A stretch of 64,000 bases of DNA from positions 1 to 64,000 of IMG/VR virus record IMGVR_UViG_3300008111_000002, one strand, 5' to 3'. A program made the translations under genes and the position numbers. Below are positions 29,583-37,369 of the stretch, one piece after another. The first letter of the stretch is position 1. Each line of letters begins with the position of its first letter. Under the pieces are notes generated by a model that saw nothing but the letters and a program-made list of their open reading frames with translations, did not search any database and was not told the origin of the DNA.

Positions 29583-30226
29583 GAGCTCGAGAAATATTAC
29601 CAGAAAAGTGGAGTACAAAATATAAACGCTCTATAAATTGTTCTAATCCTAAAGGATTTAGTCAAAAGGCGCACTGTGCTGGCCGTAAGAAAAATGAAAG
29701 CAGCAGCGAAGAAGAAGTTTATAGCAAAGAAAATAACTGGGGATTATCTTCAGAAGATGCCGAGCATTTGCTTCATCAACTAGATGATCCTGAATACAAT
29801 ATAACTAGAGAGTTCGATGATTATCCCGGATTTGAATATATGTATGAATATTACACTCAGCATTTTTCCGGAGGACAATATTTTTACGATATTCTCAAAG
29901 ATGCATTAGAAGATATTAAAGACGGATATCTTGAAATAGACAAAGATGTTGACGAGGGTTGGAAAAGCAAAATGGCCGGTGCTGCGTTAGCTGCTGCCAA
30001 TTTATTAGGAAGTCCTGCCCAGGCTACAGAAGAACCAGTCAAACCTATCACTATTGCCTACGTGATGATTGACGGTGAAATGAGAAAATATAATCTTGGT
30101 GATAGATTTTCTGATGCTAGAGAAGCAGAAAAATTTATCAGCGGAGTCTTGGACAAGCAAGGTTTACAAGGATATCAATTAGAAATTAAACATGGATATC
30201 CTAAAAAGAAAGATGGTGAAAAATGA
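29579..30226 (+). CDS. Modular late protein (basic N-module, acidic middle, EGWK-AGAAL module)
   Basis: MRAREILPE start; CSNPKGFSQKAHCAGRKK; shares EGWK..AGAAL with the previous gene. Confidence 0.6.
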   Translation: MRAREILPEKWSTKYKRSINCSNPKGFSQKAHCAGRKKNESSSEEEVYSKENNWGLSSEDAEHLLHQLDDPEYNITREFDDYPGFEYMYEYYTQHFSGGQYFYDILKDALEDIKDGYLEIDKDVDEGWKSKMAGAALAAANLLGSPAQATEEPVKPITIAYVMIDGEMRKYNLGDRFSDAREAEKFISGVLDKQGLQGYQLEIKHGYPKKKDGEK

Positions 30227-31011
30227 GAGCCAAAGAGTTTGTTACGGAAAGAATGAAAACTACATGGGTTCGACCGTGGATATCTTCTGCTGTGACAAAA
30301 ATTGGTAATTATAAAAATGATTTAGAATGGTACAATAAGTTTTTTAAAAATTTAAATGCCAGCCAAGAACTTAAACAATGGGCTGAACAGGCTCTAAATC
30401 GTCCGTTAACAATCAAGCCAAAGTTATTAGATCAACCTAATAATCCATTGGCTGCTATAGAAGCAGATCACGAAATTAGCGGCGATCCAATTAAGCATAC
30501 AATTACCATAGAAGTTAATGTAGCACATGCGCCTACAGATGAAAAAACTGCTGTTAATTTCATAGACAGACTTAGTTCTTTATTAATACACGAATTAAAT
30601 CATGCTAGCCAGCGTAGTGGACAAATTAAAAAATCCAAAGACGATGACAGTGTTTATGATATTGAAACAGATGTTTGGAAAAAGACTCCTCCAAAAGCAT
30701 TAACTAAACGAGACGAGTATTATCTGTATATGTTAAACAATATGGAGCGAGATGCTTGGATCAGTCAAATTGCCAACGATATATACAACAAACTTGGAAA
30801 AGATAGTTTAGGCAATTTAAACAACATACTAAAACAGTCACAGCGTGAAGATTATGCAGTAATTGGTAGCAAAATAGTACAAGTTCCAAATTTAAAAGCG
30901 TTATGGGATGCTATTAACTATTATGGTAGATTTTTAAAATACAGCAAAGAAGATACGTGGAATAAGGTTAAAAAAGAACTATATAGCTATCTATCCAAAT
31001 ACGGTAAATAA
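30223..31011 (+). CDS. Late protein with HExxH (zincin-like) motif
   Basis: MRAKEFVTE start; LIHELNHAS, with a downstream MERDAW. Confidence 0.55.
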   Translation: MRAKEFVTERMKTTWVRPWISSAVTKIGNYKNDLEWYNKFFKNLNASQELKQWAEQALNRPLTIKPKLLDQPNNPLAAIEADHEISGDPIKHTITIEVNVAHAPTDEKTAVNFIDRLSSLLIHELNHASQRSGQIKKSKDDDSVYDIETDVWKKTPPKALTKRDEYYLYMLNNMERDAWISQIANDIYNKLGKDSLGNLNNILKQSQREDYAVIGSKIVQVPNLKALWDAINYYGRFLKYSKEDTWNKVKKELYSYLSKYGK

Positions 31012-31017
31012 TATATT

Positions 31018-31281
31018 ATGAAAATTAAAGAGATACTCGAGTCTGCTACGGCTGGTGCAACTTCCGCAGGAAGTATTGCTACTGTACCAAACCCGCATAT
31101 TAGCCCTGGTAAAGCTAGGGGTAAAAAAAGTTATTTGGGTAATCCCTGGGGCGGAATCAGTGGTACTAAAGCACCCCCTCAACCCAAAGTAAAACAGTTA
31201 AAAAATAAAGACGGAACAGCCAAAAATGCACTAGATCAAAGCACTAGTTTATTTGGTGAAGGCAATTACGTCAAAAGATAA
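31018..31281 (+). CDS. Small late protein (MKIKEILE start)
   Basis: Preceded by GGTAAATA (31003-31010). Confidence 0.6.
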   Translation: MKIKEILESATAGATSAGSIATVPNPHISPGKARGKKSYLGNPWGGISGTKAPPQPKVKQLKNKDGTAKNALDQSTSLFGEGNYVKR

Positions 31282-31319
31282 ATACACTATACGCCTTTAA
31301 ACGAACAACGGAGATTTAA

Positions 31320-32456
31320 ATGGATTTTTACAAAATTTTACAAAAGTTCAACGACATTGACCCTGTAAAAACAGAGAGCAAGTCTGTTGCAACTGAACCA
31401 ACAGTAGCTAAAAAAGTTGCATTAGCAGAAGATGCTCAACTAAGAGTATTAGCTGGTGTTAGCACAATCCTTGAAGAAGGACGCAGAATTAGCGATAGAC
31501 AAGATGTTGCCGAAGCTAAGAAAAAGAATGAATACGCAATTGGTATGGCTGCTGCTAAAAAAGAAGCAGGAATGGGTGATAAACCAGCAACTGGTTTACC
31601 TAAGAAAGTAGTTAAAAAAGGTCACGAAATTGCCAAAGCAATCAAGCGTGACGAAAGCGTTGAAGTTGAAGGCGAGCAACTAGACGAAATGTTTAATGAT
31701 GAAGATCCAGTAGGCACTAAGAAAAAAACATCTTCTGGTACTGCTACCAAGACTGACAAAGGTCTTAAGCACGAAAGAAAGTATGGTAAAGATACCGATG
31801 AAGAAGAAGAAGATGACGATAAACCAGCTAAAAAGAAAACTAAAGAATCTTTCCGTTCTAAATTTGAAGCAATGGTAGAAGCCAAAAAAGACGATGCTGA
31901 TATGAAAGTTGGTGATAAGAAAAAATCATCGACTGGTGGCACTATTGAAAAAACCAAGACTGGTGTTAAGCACACAGCTGGTAAAAACTACAGTGGTAAG
32001 GCTGCAGAAAAAGAAGTCAAGGAAGGTGCTAAGCCAGACGCTAACAAAGACGGCATTCCGGATTACGCACAAGACGGAAAAGGTCCTAAGGACCTAGGAA
32101 AAGGTAAAACACCTGCTGCCAAAGACGGCGGTGACAAGAAAGATGGCAAGAAAGGTATGTCGGCCAAACAAGAGAAATACTTTGGCAAAAAGAATGAGTC
32201 TACACAAGTTACTAAAAAAGTAGTTGCTGAAAGTGTACAACAAAAATACACATTCAAGCAGTGCTTACAATTAGTTAAAGAAAGTGGCGGCCAACAACAA
32301 ATTGATCCAGTTGACACAGCATTGTGGAAATGGGCTCAAAGAGTTGCTGTATCTAAAGTGCAAGAAGGTGCAGCACGTGAAGCGATGGCAGCATTTGTAT
32401 ATGAAAGAATGGGCGGTGAGTTTACACTCTACGACGTTCTATCAGAAACAAAATAA
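31320..32456 (+). CDS. Highly charged late protein, possible prohead core/scaffold
   Basis: Lys/Glu-rich and low complexity, with several xxE sites (LAE, LEE, VAE, LDE, MVE). Late promoter at 31277-31284. Confidence 0.5.
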   Translation: MDFYKILQKFNDIDPVKTESKSVATEPTVAKKVALAEDAQLRVLAGVSTILEEGRRISDRQDVAEAKKKNEYAIGMAAAKKEAGMGDKPATGLPKKVVKKGHEIAKAIKRDESVEVEGEQLDEMFNDEDPVGTKKKTSSGTATKTDKGLKHERKYGKDTDEEEEDDDKPAKKKTKESFRSKFEAMVEAKKDDADMKVGDKKKSSTGGTIEKTKTGVKHTAGKNYSGKAAEKEVKEGAKPDANKDGIPDYAQDGKGPKDLGKGKTPAAKDGGDKKDGKKGMSAKQEKYFGKKNESTQVTKKVVAESVQQKYTFKQCLQLVKESGGQQQIDPVDTALWKWAQRVAVSKVQEGAAREAMAAFVYERMGGEFTLYDVLSETK

Positions 32457-32472
32457 TCATTTATTTGATAAT

Positions 32473-32504
32473 AAAAAGCCAGTCCTGAGTTGACTGGCTT
32501 TTTT
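32473..32504 (+). terminator. Intrinsic terminator overlapping a -35 box
   Basis: AAAAAGCCAGTC-ctgagtt-GACTGGCTTTTT(T), a 12-bp inverted repeat. Confidence 0.8.
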
Positions 32505-32518
32505 ATTGACTATATAAT
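32490..32518 (+). promoter_or_regulatory. Sigma70-type promoter TTGACT-N17-TATAAT
   Basis: Consensus-like hexamers upstream of an AAGGAG RBS and the ORF at 32541. Confidence 0.8.
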
Positions 32519-32540
32519 TGTCCTATAAGGAGAATATTAT

Positions 32541-32807
32541 ATGGCAAAAATGTATGGTCCTGAAGAACGGGCTAAACTAGAACGTCTCATTAACGAAGGT
32601 TCAAATGTTCTACGCGAAGTAGAAGATCTTCAAGAAGGCTTAAAAGAAACTGTCAAAGCAGTTGCAGAAGAACTACAAGTCAAGCCAAGCATTATTAACA
32701 AAGCAATCAAAATAGCACATAAAGACAATTGGAAATCTCATGAAGAAGAATGGGATGAAATTGAAATGATTCTCGGTGTTACTAAAAACTTACCCGAGAA
32801 AGACTAA
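32541..32807 (+). CDS. Small dsDNA-binding protein (T4 DsbA/GapR-like)
   Basis: Helical pattern LREVEDLQEGLKETVKAVAEELQVKPSIINKAIKIAHK; recognised by eye only. Confidence 0.55.
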   Translation: MAKMYGPEERAKLERLINEGSNVLREVEDLQEGLKETVKAVAEELQVKPSIINKAIKIAHKDNWKSHEEEWDEIEMILGVTKNLPEKD

Positions 32808-33100
32808 TGATTAATGATTTATTTAGACCCACTTTAGAATGGATTAAGGATGATTGGCAATCCAACCCTGCTCGTTTTATTGTGGAGTTTTTTGCTTGGG
32901 GTATTAGCATTGGCTGCTCGATTACCATGGCTCTCACAGTACCCAATCCGCCGTTACTTATACTTTACCCTATTTGGATCACTGGTTGTGCTATGTATGC
33001 TTGGGCTGCTTATACTCGGAAATCTTTTGGGATGCTTGCTAACTACATGCTCCTTGTAACTATTGATGCATTTGGATTGATTAGAATGCTAATTCAATAA
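32807..33100 (+). CDS. Small multi-pass membrane protein
   Basis: About three hydrophobic helices. Confidence 0.6.
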   Translation: MINDLFRPTLEWIKDDWQSNPARFIVEFFAWGISIGCSITMALTVPNPPLLILYPIWITGCAMYAWAAYTRKSFGMLANYMLLVTIDAFGLIRMLIQ

Positions 33101-33231
33101 TGTTATCTGTATTTTTAGAAATAATTTTTAATTGGATAATCATGGGTATGGTCCTAGCTACAGTCATGGCTGGGTGTTTATATTTTGCAATTTTATGCGA
33201 AAAAATTGTTGACTATTTGTTTAGTCACTAA
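33100..33231 (+). CDS. Small hydrophobic ORF (43 aa)
   Basis: MLSVFLEIIFNWIIMGMVLATVMAGCLYFAILCEKIVDYLFSH; TAATG-coupled. Confidence 0.45.
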   Translation: MLSVFLEIIFNWIIMGMVLATVMAGCLYFAILCEKIVDYLFSH

Positions 33232-33248
33232 ATATCCAGTACAGGGTT

Positions 33249-33296
33249 TAATCAGCCATAAATGATTACGTTGGTGTTTGCAAGCCAAAAATTGCA
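33249..33296 (+). promoter_or_regulatory. Twin RNA hairpins with GCCAWAAA loops in the DNA polymerase leader (candidate translational operator)
   Basis: TAATCA-gccataaa-TGATTA (33249-33268) and TGCAA-gccaaaaa-TTGCA (33279-33296), ending one base before the AGGAGA RBS. Confidence 0.6.
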
Positions 33297-33308
33297 TAGG
33301 AGAAAAAT

Positions 33309-35975
33309 TTGAGTTACGTTGACGCATTCTACGACCGCGATAATGATATTATCAACGTTGTTGAACGTGACGATAAGGGTAATCGTCACTATAAAGAACA
33401 TCCCGCAAAACATATTTTCTATTATCAAGACGCTCGTGGAAAATATAAATCAATTTACGGCGAACCTCTAACCAGAGTTAATTGCCGCAACATTAAAGAC
33501 TTACATAAAGAATTAAAAATATACGGTAGTAAAAAACTGTATGAATCGGATATTAATCCAATATTTAGATGTCTTGAAGAAAATTATCTTAATGTAGATT
33601 CTCCAAAACTTAATGTTTGTTTCTTTGACATTGAAGTAGACTTTGACCCAGAACGTGGTTATGCTGCGCCAGATGACGCATTTATGCCAATTACTGCAAT
33701 CACACTACATCTACAATGGTTAGATAGTCTTATTACTCTAGCTATTCCCCCCAAAAGTATTTCAATGGTGCAGGCTAAAGAAAGTGTTAAGGACTTTCCT
33801 AATACGTTTTTGTTTGACAATGAAGCTGATCTTTTAGATACATTTTTAAATCTCATAGACGATGCTGATGTTTTAAGTGGATGGAATAGTGAAGGGTTTG
33901 ATATTCCATATACCGTTAATCGTGTTACTAAAGTATTGAGTAAAGATGACACAAGACGCTTTTGTCTGTGGAATCAATATCCTAAAAAACGAGAATATGA
34001 AAAGTTTGGTAAGACCGCAGTAACTTACGACTTTTATGGACGGGTACACCTTGACAGTCTTGAATTATATCGCAAGTACACATACGAAGAACGACATACG
34101 TATAGACTAGATGCCATTGCTGAGACAGAAATTGACGAGCGTAAGACTGTATACGAAGGCACATTAGATCAATTATACAACGAAGACTTTCGCAAGTTTG
34201 TTGAATATAATAGACAAGATACTGCACTATTAGATAAACTCGATAAAAAATTAAAATTTCTTGATCTTGCAAATAAAATTGCACATGAAAATACTGTTTT
34301 GTTACAAACAACTATGGGTGCCGTAGCTGTTACAGAGCAGGCTATTATTAACGAAGCACATCGCAGAGGCATGCAGGTTCCTAATCGCATTAGACGTGAA
34401 CCAGGTAGTGATCCTGCGGCAGGTGCATATGTTGCTTATCCTAAGAAAGGTATTCATGAGTGGATTGGTTCTCTTGATATTAACAGTCTTTATCCTAGTG
34501 CTATTCGCGCCTTAAACATGGGACCAGAAACCATTGTTGGACAATTACGTCCAGATGGTACTAAAGCATACATAGATGCAGAGATGGACAAGGGCAAATC
34601 CTTTGCCAGTGCATGGGAAGGTATATTTGGTTCATTGGAGTATACTGCTGTAATGAATCAAGAAGTTGGTCGTGAAATAACTATTGATTGGGCCAACGGA
34701 AGTAGTGATGCATTAAGTGCAGCACAAATTTACGAATTGATCTTTAACAGTCATCAACCGTGGGTGATATCAGCTAACGGCACTATTTTTAGTTATGAAC
34801 ACGAAGGTATTATACCAGGACTACTTGCACGTTGGTATAAAGAACGTAAAGAAATGCAGGCAAAATTAAAAGAATGTATACAGGCGGGAAATAAAATTGA
34901 AGAAGAATATTGGGATAAACGTCAACTGGTTAAGAAAATTAACCTTAATAGCTTATATGGTGCTATTCTTAATCCTGGTTGTAGGTTTTTTGATCCTCGT
35001 ATCGGCCAATCCACAACTCTTACTGGACGGCAAATTGCCAAGCACATGGCTAGTAAGGTAAATGAAATAGTCACCGGCGAATACAATCACGTAGGTAAAG
35101 CAATTATCTATGGCGATACTGACTCGTGTTATTTTTCAGCATACAATACTTTGAAAAAAGAAATAGAAAAAGGTGCTATACCGTGGACTAAAGAAACTGT
35201 AGTACAGCTTTATGATCAAATTGGTGATGAAGTTAACGATACGTTTATTAAATTTATGCAAGATGCTTTTCATTGCCCAAAAACTAGAGGTGATGTAATT
35301 AAAGCAGGCAGAGAAATTGTTGCCAGTAAAGGATTGTTCATTACCAAAAAACGCTATGCCGTATTATATTATGACAAAGAAGGCAAACGTTCAGACATAA
35401 ATGGTAAGCCGGGTAAAATCAAAGCCATGGGATTGGATCTTAAACGTTCGGACACTCCTGTAGTAATCCAAGACTTTTTAACAGAAGTGTTAACTAAAGT
35501 TCTTAATGGTATTCCTAAAGAAGAAATTCTAGAATATATTACATCGTTTAGAACTGAATTTAAAACTAGACCCGGATGGGAGAAAGGATCACCAAAACGT
35601 GCAAACAACATTACAGAATATGCCAATAAAGAGAAGAAGCTTGGCAAGGCAAATCTTCCTGGTCATGTTAGAGCAAGCCTTAATTGGAACACGCTCAAAA
35701 GAATGTTCGACGACAAATACTCAATGAACATTGTAGACGGGTCTAAAGTCATTGTGTGTAAAGTCAAAGACAATCCCATGGGATATACATCAGTAGCATA
35801 TCCTGTAGATGAACTTAGACTTCCTCAATGGTTTAAAGACTTACCTTTCAACGATGCTGAAATGGAAAATTCAGTTATCGACGAAAAATTAGAAAACCTT
35901 ATTGGTGTTTTGGAATGGGACATCAGTTCAACAAGGTCGGATAATACATTCAACAAATTGTTTGATTTTGAATGA
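33309..35975 (+). CDS. polB: Family B DNA polymerase (T4 gp43-like)
   Basis: Exo I FFDIEV, Exo II GWNSEGFD, Exo III YNRQD, region II SLDINSLYPS, KKINLNSLYG, YGDTDS, KKRYA. TTG start; C-terminal NKLFDFE resembles a clamp-binding tail. Confidence 0.97.
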   Translation: MSYVDAFYDRDNDIINVVERDDKGNRHYKEHPAKHIFYYQDARGKYKSIYGEPLTRVNCRNIKDLHKELKIYGSKKLYESDINPIFRCLEENYLNVDSPKLNVCFFDIEVDFDPERGYAAPDDAFMPITAITLHLQWLDSLITLAIPPKSISMVQAKESVKDFPNTFLFDNEADLLDTFLNLIDDADVLSGWNSEGFDIPYTVNRVTKVLSKDDTRRFCLWNQYPKKREYEKFGKTAVTYDFYGRVHLDSLELYRKYTYEERHTYRLDAIAETEIDERKTVYEGTLDQLYNEDFRKFVEYNRQDTALLDKLDKKLKFLDLANKIAHENTVLLQTTMGAVAVTEQAIINEAHRRGMQVPNRIRREPGSDPAAGAYVAYPKKGIHEWIGSLDINSLYPSAIRALNMGPETIVGQLRPDGTKAYIDAEMDKGKSFASAWEGIFGSLEYTAVMNQEVGREITIDWANGSSDALSAAQIYELIFNSHQPWVISANGTIFSYEHEGIIPGLLARWYKERKEMQAKLKECIQAGNKIEEEYWDKRQLVKKINLNSLYGAILNPGCRFFDPRIGQSTTLTGRQIAKHMASKVNEIVTGEYNHVGKAIIYGDTDSCYFSAYNTLKKEIEKGAIPWTKETVVQLYDQIGDEVNDTFIKFMQDAFHCPKTRGDVIKAGREIVASKGLFITKKRYAVLYYDKEGKRSDINGKPGKIKAMGLDLKRSDTPVVIQDFLTEVLTKVLNGIPKEEILEYITSFRTEFKTRPGWEKGSPKRANNITEYANKEKKLGKANLPGHVRASLNWNTLKRMFDDKYSMNIVDGSKVIVCKVKDNPMGYTSVAYPVDELRLPQWFKDLPFNDAEMENSVIDEKLENLIGVLEWDISSTRSDNTFNKLFDFE

Positions 35976-35983
35976 TTTCTAGG

Positions 35984-36012
35984 TTGATTTTCATTCTTGA
36001 TCTAAATATAAT
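35984..36012 (+). promoter_or_regulatory. Sigma70-type promoter TTGATT-N17-TATAAT
   Basis: Intergenic, upstream of a GGAG RBS and the ORF at 36038. Confidence 0.7.
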
Positions 36013-36037
36013 CTTAATATACATGGAGACTCTCTAA

Positions 36038-36775
36038 ATGAAAGACATTTTACAAGACATTGTAAGCCACACACAGAACCTTGGCTTTTTAACCACAGTC
36101 AAAGTTACAGGTGCAGAAGATAAAACTGAAATCTTCTCAATGGCTGATGACAAATCAGTTATTATGACAGCCGAAACTGCTAATCCATATCCAGACATGA
36201 TTGGTACATTTGGCATGCCGCAACTTAACAAACTCAAATATTTGTTAGACGGTAGCGAATATAAGGACGATGCTAAGATCAGTATTACTACAGCAGAACG
36301 CAACGGCGAAACTATTCCGGTTGGTATTCACTTTGAAAACAAAGACAGTGATTTTAAAAACGATTATCGTTTTATGAATCAAGAAATCATCAATGAAAAG
36401 ATGAAGACTGTCAAGTTCCGCGGAGTTAAGTGGGATGTTGAGATTGAGCCTAGCGTAGCAGGTATTCAAAGATTTAACTTTCAAGCTGGTGCTAATCCAG
36501 AACATCCAACATTCTTAGCAAAAACAGATGGCGGCAATCTAAAGTTTATTTTTGGCGATTCTGCAACACACGGCGGTGAGTTTGTATTTGCACAGAATGT
36601 TGCAGGTAAATTAGATCGCGGTTGGACATGGCCAGTTGGTCCTATTCTAAGTATTCTTAAAATTGCCGACAGCAATAACACCCAGATGAGTTTAAGTAAT
36701 GAAGGTGCTATTCAAATTACACTTGATAGCGGTCTTGCATCTTACAAATATATCATTCCTGCAAAGGCAGTTTAA
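36038..36775 (+). CDS. Probable sliding clamp (gp45-like)
   Basis: 245 aa with two similar alpha/beta halves, directly after polB. A clamp loader is present in the window. No diagnostic motif seen. Confidence 0.45.
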   Translation: MKDILQDIVSHTQNLGFLTTVKVTGAEDKTEIFSMADDKSVIMTAETANPYPDMIGTFGMPQLNKLKYLLDGSEYKDDAKISITTAERNGETIPVGIHFENKDSDFKNDYRFMNQEIINEKMKTVKFRGVKWDVEIEPSVAGIQRFNFQAGANPEHPTFLAKTDGGNLKFIFGDSATHGGEFVFAQNVAGKLDRGWTWPVGPILSILKIADSNNTQMSLSNEGAIQITLDSGLASYKYIIPAKAV

Positions 36776-37146
36776 TGATTAAAAACATACACGCTTCTGG
36801 GCGGTATATACAGGTTACTGGCGGAGACGCCAGTACCTATGTTAACAACTACTCTGGTTCACAGGGTGTTGGTAATCTGCGATATAATATTTCTAATCAA
36901 CAAATGGAAGTCTACGACGGAAACAACTGGATGATGTTGAATATGAGTCATGCCAGTGTTGGACTAAACAGCGAGGCTGAATCTTTACTTGACTGGGCTC
37001 GTCAGAAACGTGATGAAGAATTGGCTTGGGAATCATTGGCAGAATCTAATAAAGCTGTTAAAATAGCATTAGAAAATTTAGAAACAGCACGTCAACAATT
37101 AAACATCACTGCCAAGCTAGCGAGAGAATATGAAGAATTGGCGTGA
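36775..37146 (+). CDS. Hypothetical protein
   Basis: TAATG-coupled ORF. Confidence 0.6.
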   Translation: MIKNIHASGRYIQVTGGDASTYVNNYSGSQGVGNLRYNISNQQMEVYDGNNWMMLNMSHASVGLNSEAESLLDWARQKRDEELAWESLAESNKAVKIALENLETARQQLNITAKLAREYEELA

Positions 37147-37369
37147 TGCTGATCACAAAGTATCCTATTATTATGAAAATGATACAGGAAGAATTATTGG
37201 ACAGGTTTATAATCTGGCCCATACTAACATCTACGGAGCAAAAGTAGTCAGCGAATTTAACGAAGAAAAATATTTAGGCCAGTATATTAACGAAACATTT
37301 GCTAAACAGGCTATAGAATATTTCTGGAATTTACAAGAGAGAACACTAACACATGAAACAACCAGTTGA
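37130..37369 (+). CDS. Hypothetical protein
   Basis: Overlaps both neighbours. Confidence 0.55.
   Translation: MKNWRDADHKVSYYYENDTGRIIGQVYNLAHTNIYGAKVVSEFNEEKYLGQYINETFAKQAIEYFWNLQERTLTHETTS

Noticed and set aside
33309-35975. Intein or intron in the DNA polymerase
   Set aside because: The length (888 aa) and motif spacing are normal, with no intein splice motifs or homing-endonuclease signature.
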